Shown piece after piece: positions 10,552-20,361 of a DNA stretch of 64,000 nt. The DNA comes from Tortispora ganteri (taxonomy: Eukaryota). The stretch's first letter is position 1. The number at the start of each line of letters is the position of its first letter. Location: positions 248,001 to 312,000 of the forward strand of contig PPNB01000005.1 in the NCBI GenBank assembly GCA_003707115.1, read 5' to 3'. A program made the translations under genes and the position numbers. The notes beneath the pieces are model-generated. The model saw nothing but the letters and a program-made list of their open reading frames with translations, had not been told where the DNA came from and searched no databases.

Positions 10552-11349
10552 TTAATCGTCAGTGAGACGGCCAGCAATGTAGTAACAGATACCACTTCCC
10601 TCTTTCATTGAGAAAGAAAACATAAGAGGGGTCTCAGCATCTATCATCTTAATAATCACCCTTTCATTGATATTCTTGTTCTTCGCAAAGGAGAGAACGT
10701 AGTGTGTCGTAAGCGACACTCTGAATGGGGCTTCGATATTCATTCTGACGGAATTTGACGCATTCGTAGAATCCTCATAGGGGTGTATAAGGTAATCAGC
10801 AGTACTCTCCTTACTGGAGCACGATATTCTGAGCTTATCCTTTTCAAATTCCAAGACCATGATCTCCGAAAACAGCGAAATGTCACGTGAAATGCGGAAC
10901 AATTCTTGCGTAGGCATCTCGATTTCATTCGTCCATGGAAGTTCCGGCACTTCTTCCTCCATGGGGTCTATGTGCGTCAATTTAAGCGCAAACTCAGCTA
11001 TATCTTTTTTCTCGCCGCGTTCGACCTCGAATATCACCTTCAACTCACTCACATCGTCATCGTCATTTTCGTAGCTGAGCGCCAGTAAACTATTATCCGG
11101 TCCACATTTTAAAATCTTCAAAAGTGTTTCAAGATTTACTCCTAGAAGAACAGCTTCGTCGTCACAACGGTATTCATTCCACCACGTAGCCGACAACGTC
11201 ACAAACGTGAATGCAATATGTGAGCTGTCCAACGCTTGCATCTTCAATCCTTCACGTGTAAATTCAAAATTACATTCTTTAATATGTTCGCTCATCGCCT
11301 CAACAACGCTGCGAAATACTTTCGGTTCCTGTAATTTACATTCAAGCAT
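10552..11349 (-). CDS. PCNA-family sliding clamp, divergent
   Basis: MLE start, QALDSSHI, EYRCD, LGVNLETLLKILKC, EFALKL..ID, MP..ELFRISRD; 265 aa. Confidence 0.88.
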   Translation of the reverse strand: MLECKLQEPKVFRSVVEAMSEHIKECNFEFTREGLKMQALDSSHIAFTFVTLSATWWNEYRCDDEAVLLGVNLETLLKILKCGPDNSLLALSYENDDDDVSELKVIFEVERGEKKDIAEFALKLTHIDPMEEEVPELPWTNEIEMPTQELFRISRDISLFSEIMVLEFEKDKLRISCSSKESTADYLIHPYEDSTNASNSVRMNIEAPFRVSLTTHYVLSFAKNKNINERVIIKMIDAETPLMFSFSMKEGSGICYYIAGRLTDD

Positions 11350-11377
11350 TTTTCTTTTTGAATTCTCGTTGGCAAAA

Positions 11378-11429
11378 ACGCGTCTGATTGTCGAAAAGTC
11401 TAGTTTAACCCCCTACGTCAGCTACGCGT
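11378..11429. promoter_or_regulatory. Two MCB (ACGCGT) cell-cycle boxes upstream of the PCNA-like gene
   Basis: ACGCGT at 11378-11383 and 11424-11429; MCBs are the MBF sites of fungal G1/S replication genes such as POL30. Confidence 0.7.
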
Positions 11430-11623
11430 TTATATTGGTTGCTATGCAATTACACTCCTACTAAATTGTCTTATGTCAACTTCAACTCCTCCCTCTACCA
11501 ACCTCATCTAATCAGTTGTATTTATACCAATTCCCCCTTATATATTCCTGTGTATACCTATTCTGCACGCATATACACTTATATTACCAATACCCATACT
11601 TTTACACTGATTTATTACTGAAT

Positions 11624-12937
11624 ATGCGCTCATTTATTCACTCAAATGGTTCTATTATTGACGTCTCTCAGCAGTCTAGCCGCCTAACTACCCCCGTTCA
11701 CGCTACCGCAGCATCCGTGCCCTCACAGCTAGTTGCCTCCAATGCCGACTACCAACCATTCAAAACCGTGCTCGGCCCTGTTACTGCTGTCGAGCCCTCT
11801 AACATATTTACACAACCTCGCCCGCCCTCTGCAAAATTCCCTGCTCATTACTTCACGTCCAGAATATCAGATCACCTCTACAGCGTCCTGCACGAAAATT
11901 CTACTCTCCTAGAAACAGACTACGACTTCTTCCAGCAGTCAACTTTTTCTAACGATCCGTTGCAGTTTCTGCCCTACTCTCAGCCCGACCCGCTGCTTGA
12001 TTCCGCACCAGACTACAATACGCCCATCTCTCTCGACGACAACCAGAACCACGACTTTCTGATCGGGTCTATTCTCGCTAATTCTATTGAAAACCAGCCA
12101 GCTAATTGTATCACGGCTGCTTCTCTCTTTAACCCTACGCGTGTTACTGCGGAGAAATTGTCCTCTCGCAGCCTAGTAGTGAAAGTAACCACCACAAAGG
12201 GCCTGCCAACCGCAGATCTTCAACTCGATCATCCCTCGAATCTAGATTCTCTGCAGACGCAATCGCTCACACAAACACAACCACGTCAGGAGCCAAGAGA
12301 GCACAAGTCCCAAAATGACTGTATTGATATGCGTATCATCAGAGCTAGACCTATCAGAAGTTTCCCTTCTTACATACCAATAAGACATGAGTTCCCTCGG
12401 TTTTATAACCAATTCCCTCGGTTGGAAGAATCTAACCCACCATCTAGGTACGACTCCTATACGCAGTATCCTAATACCGATATATACAGCCCACGGTACA
12501 CGCGTGGCGTGGCTAATGGCAAGGAAGCTTTGTGCCCAATATGCGCTGTTGCCGTGGAGTCTGGTGGTGAAAGCAGGTACGTCTGGCTAAAAACCAAGTG
12601 TAGCGCATACTGGTACCACATGAATTTTTACCACGGAGTTTCTTCGCTGACCAAAATGCCTGTGTCTCCGCCAATTGCGTTTGAATCATATCCGCTGTCA
12701 CCCGAGATCCTCGGCAAAAGCTATACGTCTAATTCCGAAGCCATATATGCGCTTCATGGGAAGTGCCACGAATGCCTGCAGTGGGTTGCTCTTGAAAAGC
12801 AGAAAGCGGGTACGCACTACACGGTGCCGGAGCTTCTATGGTTTCAGCACGCCAAGAAGTGTCACACCACGCGGATAGACGGCGAAGGCCTTGAGCTGAT
12901 AACACCAGGAAGCGTTGATGTGACGCACATCATCTGA
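11624..12937 (+). CDS. Rua1/DUF4451-like Cys/His-domain putative transcription regulator
   Basis: C-terminal DIYSPRYTRG...EALCPIC...WLKTKCSAYWYHMNFYHGVSS...GKCHECLQWV...WFQHAKKCH; disordered N-terminus; first ATG 11624. Confidence 0.75.
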   Translation: MRSFIHSNGSIIDVSQQSSRLTTPVHATAASVPSQLVASNADYQPFKTVLGPVTAVEPSNIFTQPRPPSAKFPAHYFTSRISDHLYSVLHENSTLLETDYDFFQQSTFSNDPLQFLPYSQPDPLLDSAPDYNTPISLDDNQNHDFLIGSILANSIENQPANCITAASLFNPTRVTAEKLSSRSLVVKVTTTKGLPTADLQLDHPSNLDSLQTQSLTQTQPRQEPREHKSQNDCIDMRIIRARPIRSFPSYIPIRHEFPRFYNQFPRLEESNPPSRYDSYTQYPNTDIYSPRYTRGVANGKEALCPICAVAVESGGESRYVWLKTKCSAYWYHMNFYHGVSSLTKMPVSPPIAFESYPLSPEILGKSYTSNSEAIYALHGKCHECLQWVALEKQKAGTHYTVPELLWFQHAKKCHTTRIDGEGLELITPGSVDVTHII

Positions 12938-13167
12938 AGAAAATGAAACGTGCGCGCTGCGTAATATCTGAGTCACTATTGGATACCCTGTGGGGCATGC
13001 GATAGCAGATTGCGCCCTCGTTGTCGCAATGCGGCAACACCCTTTACTTATGAACGTTCCACCTACCCTTCTTATCATTCTCCCAAGCACCCACGAGCCA
13101 GAGATTTCGACTAGTGTATATATACACGCTCATAAACACGTGCCGTTGTGACGATCGTAGTAGATAA

Positions 13168-13851
13168 ATGGTAGCTACAGTCACTCTCGAACAGGCGCAC
13201 GACGATAATACTGAACTATGGATATTCGGTTACGGGTCGCTGATCTTCAAGCCACCGCCGCATGCGGATCAACGTGTACCAGGGTACATTCAAGGCTATG
13301 TACGACGATTCTGGCAGAGCTCTTCAGACCATAGAGGTACACCAGAGTATCCTGGACGAGTCGTCACACTGATAGAACATGCGCACTGGCAGCGACTAGA
13401 CGATCCATCGCCAACGGCAGACGTCTGGGGTGTATGCTATAAGATCCGTCCGGAAAAGGCGCTCGAGGTGATGAGGTACTTAGATGTGCGTGAACAGGAT
13501 GGCTATACAGTGCATAAAGTTGATTTCTATCCTTATGATTGTACTTCTAAACCAATACTAGCGCTTGTGTACATCGGTACTCCATCAAACCCATCGTTCA
13601 CGGGTCCCGAGCCACCATCTGATGTCGCTACACGTATCTCTCGAAGTATAGGGCCGTCAGGTCTAAACTCTGACTATTTATTTAAATTGCAGGAGGCTCT
13701 ACAGGAACTTGCGATTGAGACCGGTGCTGATATTCGTGACATCTACATAGAAAACTTGTGCGAACTTGTCAACCAGGAGATCAAGAAGCACAACCTCAAA
13801 TTGACTCCCTCTAATTGCAAACATCCCTGTGAGTTTATAGTCTCCAAGTGA
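13168..13851 (+). CDS. GCG1: ChaC-family glutathione-specific gamma-glutamylcyclotransferase
   Basis: WIFGYGSLIFK, RRFWQSSSDHRGTPEYPGRVVTL, YLDVRE, GPSGLNSDYL. Confidence 0.95.
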   Translation: MVATVTLEQAHDDNTELWIFGYGSLIFKPPPHADQRVPGYIQGYVRRFWQSSSDHRGTPEYPGRVVTLIEHAHWQRLDDPSPTADVWGVCYKIRPEKALEVMRYLDVREQDGYTVHKVDFYPYDCTSKPILALVYIGTPSNPSFTGPEPPSDVATRISRSIGPSGLNSDYLFKLQEALQELAIETGADIRDIYIENLCELVNQEIKKHNLKLTPSNCKHPCEFIVSK

Positions 13852-13915
13852 TGCATTGTGACTCTCTTTAATATTAATATATCAACTTTTTATTAGCAAT
13901 AACTATTCATGTACC

Positions 13916-13951
13916 TTGTAACATTCCTTTTAACATTCCTTGTAACGTTCC
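13916..13951 (+). repeat. 3 x 12-bp tandem repeat (TTGTAACATTCC consensus)
   Basis: ttgtaacattcc/ttttaacattcc/ttgtaacgttcc, 30 nt upstream of ATG 13982. Confidence 0.85.
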
Positions 13952-13981
13952 TACACACACCTGTCTTCCGACTACATCACC

Positions 13982-14977
13982 ATGGACCTGCAGATACTTC
14001 TGGGTCTGGACCCGGAATCTGCGCGGCAAATACTCGAAAACGCCGACACAATGTCACTGGATGACGCGTCGGCATTTCTACACGATCTACTTGGCGACGG
14101 GTCTGATGCGCTTGACTTCATCTCAGACTATAGCCGCAAACGTGCGGTCAAACATACAGATCTGTTACATGAAAAGACGCCACCAACACATACGCCTATT
14201 ATGACACCTACACGATCACAAACTAGCACTCCACAACCTATAGATATTGACAAGTTGATCAGAGAAGACTCTAACGCGACAGTTCAGTCTGTCAGCGGCC
14301 ACACGCTCTCTAAGAGGCAAGCACTTACACGGCTGCGAACAGTTCTCGATGACCTCAAAAACCCTCAGCCAGGGCTAAACTGTTTTTGCCAGGCACAGAT
14401 ACACCCGCTACTCGAACCTGTATTGAATTGCCTGAACTGTGGCCGTATAATCTGTGAAAAGATTGGATTTGGCAATTGTCCAACGTGCAATAATCTTCTC
14501 ATCTCATACGAAGACCGTAGGGATATGATCCAACAGGTAGAGACTTATATTGTCTCTTTAGAGACCGCTAAGCTGCAGTCAAAGACTTACACACTGCTAC
14601 AGGATCTCGAAAATCAGTTCCGACTTGTCGATGCTGGCGAGCGTCTATCACGACTAACGCCGATCCTACGCGCTCTACTACTTAGCAAGCAGACACCACA
14701 TGCAAGCACTAAACCATCTAATAAATCTATAGTGAGCGTGAAGTTGCAAGGCAAGAGAGCTATGGTTAGTGAAAAGCGCCGTGTACATGCACCTGCAGCT
14801 ACCAGCGCACCTGTTGAGTACGAAGTGTCTACAGAAGCCTTCATGAACGAGAAGAAGCTGCCTCTGCCAGTATACATGAAAGAACAAAAAAGCATGCAGC
14901 ACAGGCAGAACGCGCCTCTTGTTGTACATGAAGTAAGTACACAAGTAGTGCAATCCAACTACGATACGTTGGAATAG
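13982..14977 (+). CDS. RQT4: Rqt4/ASC-1 (TRIP4)-like C2HC5 zinc-finger protein
   Basis: CFCQAQIHPL....NCLNCGRIICEKIG.G.CPTC zf-C2HC5; N-terminal LLG...A.DFI..Y helical domain. Confidence 0.82.
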   Translation: MDLQILLGLDPESARQILENADTMSLDDASAFLHDLLGDGSDALDFISDYSRKRAVKHTDLLHEKTPPTHTPIMTPTRSQTSTPQPIDIDKLIREDSNATVQSVSGHTLSKRQALTRLRTVLDDLKNPQPGLNCFCQAQIHPLLEPVLNCLNCGRIICEKIGFGNCPTCNNLLISYEDRRDMIQQVETYIVSLETAKLQSKTYTLLQDLENQFRLVDAGERLSRLTPILRALLLSKQTPHASTKPSNKSIVSVKLQGKRAMVSEKRRVHAPAATSAPVEYEVSTEAFMNEKKLPLPVYMKEQKSMQHRQNAPLVVHEVSTQVVQSNYDTLE

Positions 14978-15030
14978 ATACGTATAATGACCGTTATTCG
15001 ATATAGACAGTATTTAGTATTTATAGTAGT

Positions 15031-16485
15031 CTAGTCAGAAGGACCGATCATGTTCTCCGGGCGAACCCATTGATCAAACTCCTCAGATGTTAAAACACCT
15101 AACTCAAGGGCAGATTCCTTGAGTGTTATTCCCTTCTTGTGAGCATTCTTAGCAACTTTGGAAGCTGCGTCATAACCGATTTTAGGGTTTAAGGCGGTGA
15201 CAAGCATCAGAGATTCATGAAGGAGTTGCGCAATGCGTTTTTCGTTAGCTACAATTCCGTCCAGGCAGTGGACGCGGAAAGAGTTGCAGCCGTCAGCAAG
15301 AAGACGAATAGAGCTCAACAGGTTGGAGATCATAACGGGCTTGAAAACGTTGAGTTCAAATTGACCAGAAGCACCAGAGTATGTGATAGCAGCGTGGTTA
15401 CCAAACACTTGAGCGCATACCATGGTAAGGGCCTCGTTCTGAGTCGGATTTACCTTGCCGGGCATGATAGAGCTACCGGGTTCGTTCTCGGGAAGCGAGA
15501 GTTCGCCATAACCGCAACGAGGGCCAGATCCAAGGTACCTGATATCGTTGGCAATCTTGAATAAAGAAGCAGCGACGGTATTAAGCGCACCAGAAGCCTC
15601 GACAATGGCGTCATGAGCGGCAAGTGCCTCAAACTTGTTGGGTGCGGTTTCAAACTTCTCGCCGGTGATCTTGGAGACCTCGGCGGCAACTGCTTCAGCG
15701 AAACCCTTTTTAGTGTTGAGACCAGTGCCTACGGCGGTTCCGCCTTGGGCCAAGAGTCTCAAACGTGGAAGGACGCCTTCAACACGGGCGATAGCGTTGG
15801 TAATTTGGTGAGTGTATCCGGAGAATTCCTGACCGAGAGTGAGCGGAGTGGCATCCTGGAGATGTGTGCGTCCAATCTTGATGATCTTAGAAAACTCGTC
15901 AGATTTTGCCTGAAGAGAGTCGCGGAACTTTGTCAGCGCAGGGAGCAGTTCGGAGGTGATCTGCAAAACAGCGGCGATATGCATGACAGTGGGGAAAGTA
16001 TCATTTGAAGACTGTGACATATTAACGTGGTCGTTCGGATGGACGGGGTTCTTAGAACCGAGTTTTCCGCCGAGGATTTCAATTGCACGGTTCGAGATGA
16101 CCTCGTTGGCGTTCATATTGCTCTGAGTTCCGGAGCCAGTCTGAAAGACCACAAGGGGGAAATGGTCCATAAGTTTTCCAGACTGGACTTCGCGAGCGGC
16201 TTGCTGAATGGCATCTGCGACTTTGGGGTCTAAGCCGTAAGTGGCATTGACCTTAGCTGCGGCCTCCTTGAGAACACCAAAAGCTTTTACGACGGGTTCT
16301 GGCATACGTTCGCGCGGTCCGCCGATCTTGAAGTTTTCGAAGGACCGCTCGGTCTGAGCGCCCCAATACTTGTCATCAGGGACCTCGATATCGCCAAAGG
16401 CGTCTTTTTCAATACGTTTCGCCATAGACGTAGAGGAGAATGCAACAGCACGTTTAGGCACCGTTAATACAATTCTGGACAGCAT
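15031..16485 (-). CDS. FUM1: Fumarate hydratase class II with mitochondrial presequence
   Basis: [11 protein letters not shown] signature, [27 protein letters not shown]. Confidence 0.99.
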   Translation of the reverse strand: MLSRIVLTVPKRAVAFSSTSMAKRIEKDAFGDIEVPDDKYWGAQTERSFENFKIGGPRERMPEPVVKAFGVLKEAAAKVNATYGLDPKVADAIQQAAREVQSGKLMDHFPLVVFQTGSGTQSNMNANEVISNRAIEILGGKLGSKNPVHPNDHVNMSQSSNDTFPTVMHIAAVLQITSELLPALTKFRDSLQAKSDEFSKIIKIGRTHLQDATPLTLGQEFSGYTHQITNAIARVEGVLPRLRLLAQGGTAVGTGLNTKKGFAEAVAAEVSKITGEKFETAPNKFEALAAHDAIVEASGALNTVAASLFKIANDIRYLGSGPRCGYGELSLPENEPGSSIMPGKVNPTQNEALTMVCAQVFGNHAAITYSGASGQFELNVFKPVMISNLLSSIRLLADGCNSFRVHCLDGIVANEKRIAQLLHESLMLVTALNPKIGYDAASKVAKNAHKKGITLKESALELGVLTSEEFDQWVRPENMIGPSD

Positions 16486-16856
16486 CGCTATAGGTGGAGA
16501 GGGTTCTGGGCAGCGAAAAGTTAATGCGGGGTAAAAAGTTATCGAAACGAAGAAAAATAAAAGGTAGATAGAAAGTATAAAATGGTGTTAACAGCGTCAG
16601 GAAGCAGTAAGAAACTCTATGGATGGAATTGCGGGCGTCAGAAAGTACGACTGCTAATAACTGTCAGTTCCTGTCTATAGGGGAAAGTGTGAGTGCCATG
16701 CAAACTCTAGCTTTCCTTTTAAGGTGTAGCGGAAAGGTCCCGGTAACATCCGGAAGGGTGTTTATTAGTTGCGAAGTTTCCGAGTAGTTCAATAGGGTTA
16801 AGGGTTATAGAACTAAGTAAAACCGACACCGGTTTGCTGTGTGAGGACGAAAAAAA

Positions 16857-17330
16857 ATGTCGATCGCCGTTGATAATGTAGTTGCAAACAACGTAGCGAT
16901 GCTCCGATGCGTGAACGAGCGGTGTCTGCCTGTGAAGTTTGATGCAAAGTTCTATGAGGGTGCTGTAGAAACAAAAGATCTTTGTTATCTGGGATTCTAT
17001 GAGGAGATACCCGTTGGCGGGATTCGGTGCGAGCTCGTGACGGCCGAGGACACCGAGAACGGCGACAGTGCCGCTGCGAAATTGTATATCATGAGTCTGG
17101 CTGTGCTACCAGCGTACAGGAGGCAGGGTATCGGCAGCCTGCTGCTGAATAAAGTGGCAAAGGTATGCAGTGAGAAAAATGTTCATGAAATCGTTATACA
17201 TGTGAGTGTCGAGAACGAGGACGCGCTAGCGTGGTACAAGAAGCGCGGCTTCGAGCAAATAGGCACTCTCGATGGCTACTACAAGCAGCTGTCCAACACG
17301 AAGGCGATAGTGCTCGTGAAGAAAGTGTGA
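16857..17330 (+). CDS. NAT5: GNAT N-acetyltransferase, Naa50/Nat5-like
   Basis: NN...LR.VN...LPVKF..KFY, LYIMSLAVLPAYRRQGIGS.LL, HV...NEDA..WYKKRGF. Confidence 0.82.
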   Translation: MSIAVDNVVANNVAMLRCVNERCLPVKFDAKFYEGAVETKDLCYLGFYEEIPVGGIRCELVTAEDTENGDSAAAKLYIMSLAVLPAYRRQGIGSLLLNKVAKVCSEKNVHEIVIHVSVENEDALAWYKKRGFEQIGTLDGYYKQLSNTKAIVLVKKV

Positions 17331-17350
17331 GTACTGTTAAATGGCAGGAG

Positions 17351-18250
17351 TTATGCCTCGCCGAGCTGATACTCTAGGAACTGGTCTATTGAGCTATTAA
17401 CCAGTGCGAGTATAAGATTCGGAAGAAGCAATGCGGGCGTTAGGAACATCATGCAGGGGATTGCGTCGCCATGGCAGGCAACAATTCCAGATATTAGTAT
17501 GCCGACGAGGTAGCCCGAAACACTTAGGCGGATGAATTGCGGACGCTTGTAAGTAGAACTGTAGGCTTGTATGGACTTGAGGAAGATGCTAGGAACGATT
17601 ATGTCGCCAAGGCCGAGTTTCAGTTTAGCTTCATTAAAAACAAAAACGAGGCACGGAAGTGAAGACTGTGAGCTGCTTAGAGCGGGCATCACTGGTATGC
17701 CATATACATAGACGATGTCGATGAGCCAGAAGAGTAACATGTACAAAATAGCTGTCTTCATTGTTGGAAGCGAGACAGTAAAGCAGACAAGGTATGCAAG
17801 AACTGCGTTTGCAATATTGGTGACAATATTGTAAGAATTTTTTGTGGCGAGGATCAAAATGCTAGATACCAAAAAGAATGCAAGGAATTCGACCATGCCC
17901 ACACCAGACGATAGTCGCTGTGCGTAAAAGTTGTCCATGAATGTCGACAGTACAACGGAAAGTGCAGCTGCTTGAGCTATTATGACAACAGCGTTTATTA
18001 CAAACTGGAAAACATATGGATCGACTAATTTGTAGAGTCCATAGAGAAAAAGGCCCGTGACGGCAGCGGCGGCAGCAATGATCCAGGAGTCAGAACTGGA
18101 TCGTGATTGCGCTGGTGAGGGTGCTGGTTGACGTCCAAAGAACGGCAGAGCTGGGTCAATAGGTATAAATGACCTGTTCGCATTCCAAGCAACGCAAGCT
18201 GTAGATATAATAGATGCTGTGAGCACTACTACGGCGCAATCAGAATCCAT
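17351..18250 (-). CDS. Signal-peptide-peptidase-like (A22B) GxGD membrane protease, divergent
   Basis: Multi-TM protein with IDIVYVYG.PVM, LP, LGLGDIIVP and a degenerate PAL region. Confidence 0.75.
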   Translation of the reverse strand: MDSDCAVVVLTASIISTACVAWNANRSFIPIDPALPFFGRQPAPSPAQSRSSSDSWIIAAAAAVTGLFLYGLYKLVDPYVFQFVINAVVIIAQAAALSVVLSTFMDNFYAQRLSSGVGMVEFLAFFLVSSILILATKNSYNIVTNIANAVLAYLVCFTVSLPTMKTAILYMLLFWLIDIVYVYGIPVMPALSSSQSSLPCLVFVFNEAKLKLGLGDIIVPSIFLKSIQAYSSTYKRPQFIRLSVSGYLVGILISGIVACHGDAIPCMMFLTPALLLPNLILALVNSSIDQFLEYQLGEA

Positions 18251-18420
18251 TCTTGGTGGGGGGGCACTAGTGCTGGTTGTTGTCTCTGGTTAGAAGAAGG
18301 GACTAAGCACCCTTGGGAGGTCATATGACTACATTATACCGGCTAACCGGCTTCAGTTGACAATATATGGTTATATTGGTATTTTTCATCACGTAAAAAG
18401 TATCAAGAATATATTACTGA

Positions 18421-18933
18421 TCACTTAGATGATGCGATAGTACCGCATGCTGCACATGTGCGTTTCTCTATATCGCCATCGAAGTCTAGAACTGCCGCTT
18501 TCACTTGGGTACCCAAGTCGGTACAGTGGAATGCTGCTTCGTACACGATCTTGCGACATTGTTTATTTGGACAGTACCACCGTAGACGGTCGAGAGCATT
18601 CTGAGGCCGCTTCTGTTCGACGACAATGCCTACAGTGTCAGCGAACCGTACGGGGTTATGTGGCGTGTTCCCCGGCAACAAGAACAGTTCATGCTCCTTA
18701 ATTACAATATCGCGGAACTCACCGTCATCAACAACCTTTAATAACATGTCGCCTTTATACTGGTAGAAGTATTCAGGCGTCTCGTTGATGTGATAATCTG
18801 TGCGCTCATTCGGGCCACCGACAATCATTACCGTGAAGTCCTCGTTATAAAGGCAATAGTTGTTAATAGGTGGCTGCAGCAATTGCCCATTCTCTTCGAG
18901 CCATTTCGGAATATTAATAGGCGGACCGAGCAT
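18421..18933 (-). CDS. BNA1: 3-hydroxyanthranilate 3,4-dioxygenase
   Basis: [36 protein letters not shown]-terminal rubredoxin-like Cys pairs. Confidence 0.98.
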   Translation of the reverse strand: MLGPPINIPKWLEENGQLLQPPINNYCLYNEDFTVMIVGGPNERTDYHINETPEYFYQYKGDMLLKVVDDGEFRDIVIKEHELFLLPGNTPHNPVRFADTVGIVVEQKRPQNALDRLRWYCPNKQCRKIVYEAAFHCTDLGTQVKAAVLDFDGDIEKRTCAACGTIASSK

Positions 18934-19144
18934 AAGTTAAAAAATCGCAAATATCAAATAGCAAATATACAAGTACCGGCGTCCTGGCGGGCAAGCAGTT
19001 AGTCTGATTATACAAATCAATGGCTCATTATATGAAATATATGGTTGGTTGCCTCCCATTGTCTTGTGCGGCTGATAAACTTTTATACCCACCTCCTTCA
19101 TCCTTTGCAACTTACACCAATCTTGATCGCTTTTCTATTCTCGT

Positions 19145-20290
19145 TTGCCAACCATTCAGCGGCTTCGTACATTCTCCCTGATGGCAGCTCATGTACGGCT
19201 TGCTGATATATTACAGGTAGACCCTTCCAAAGTACATATATCTGCGGACGGTTCCGTCAGCTTCGACCCTACTGTGGAAGGCGACCAGTGCCAGGCCGCT
19301 CTATTACGTGCTGCCAAGCTGCTCAACAACAACCAACCCGTTGCTATACCCACAGAAACAGTGTATGGCTTAGCTGCATCGGCTCGATCTACTGCTGCTG
19401 TTCGGTCTATTTATGCAGCTAAGAACCGGCCCGCAGATAACCCGCTGATCGTGCATGTCGGCTCAATTCAACAACTCAATGACCTGCTTAAAGGCGACCC
19501 AATCCCCTCTGCGTACCGTCCACTGATCGACCGGTGCTGGCCCGGTCCACTTACTATACTACTCCATAATAAGCAAAATTACGGTATTTGCCCAGAAGTG
19601 TCTGCTGGCCAGCCGACATTTGCCGTCCGCATCCCTGTGCACCCTGTTGCGCGCGCGCTGATGATCTTGAGCGGTCTACCATTGGCTGCACCTTCGGCGA
19701 ACGCGTCTACACGGCCGTCGCCCACAATTGCATCACACGTTTTTGAGGATCTCAAAGACAAGATCCCGCTAATCATCGACGGCGGGCCCTGCGATGTCGG
19801 TGTTGAGTCTACAGTGGTTAATGGACTCGTCAACCCGCCCGTACTTTTACGGCCAGGCGGATACTCGCTCGAGGAGATCAAACAGCACGGAGGTGCAAGC
19901 TGGCGGGATTTAGTCGTTGGCAAAGCCACGGCACAGGCTGATGAGAAGGTGCAGACGCCCGGAATGAAGTACAAACATTACTCACCCACTGCAAAAGTTG
20001 TACTGTTCACTACATCCACTGACCCCGCAGGCTACTTATCGGAAGTCAGCGACACCGCCAAGGTGATCATTTTGCGGACTGAACGGTTCCCCGAGGCTAT
20101 TGATCGTGCAAACGTAACCGTAGAAAACCTCGGGACTACAGGAAAAGACATTTCGCGAAACCTTTTTGCGGCTCTGAGACGAGCAGACGAAGTTGGTGCA
20201 GACTTGGTACTAGTAGAAGGTACAGACGAATCCAATGAAGGCTTAGCGGTAATGAATAGACTTCGGAAAGCAGCTTCTGTGATCATATGA
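19145..20290 (+). CDS. SUA5: Threonylcarbamoyl-AMP synthase (first ATG 19181; possible TTG start 19145)
   Basis: PTETVYGL, KNRPADNPLIVH, WPGPLT, AAPSANASTRPSPT, GVESTV, PGMKYKHYSP. Confidence 0.97.
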   Translation: MPTIQRLRTFSLMAAHVRLADILQVDPSKVHISADGSVSFDPTVEGDQCQAALLRAAKLLNNNQPVAIPTETVYGLAASARSTAAVRSIYAAKNRPADNPLIVHVGSIQQLNDLLKGDPIPSAYRPLIDRCWPGPLTILLHNKQNYGICPEVSAGQPTFAVRIPVHPVARALMILSGLPLAAPSANASTRPSPTIASHVFEDLKDKIPLIIDGGPCDVGVESTVVNGLVNPPVLLRPGGYSLEEIKQHGGASWRDLVVGKATAQADEKVQTPGMKYKHYSPTAKVVLFTTSTDPAGYLSEVSDTAKVIILRTERFPEAIDRANVTVENLGTTGKDISRNLFAALRRADEVGADLVLVEGTDESNEGLAVMNRLRKAASVII

Positions 20291-20361
20291 CGAATTAATG
20301 ATTCTCTACATTTAAATATTTCAACATAACGGAAAAAGAAAAAAATAGTATATAATGCATT

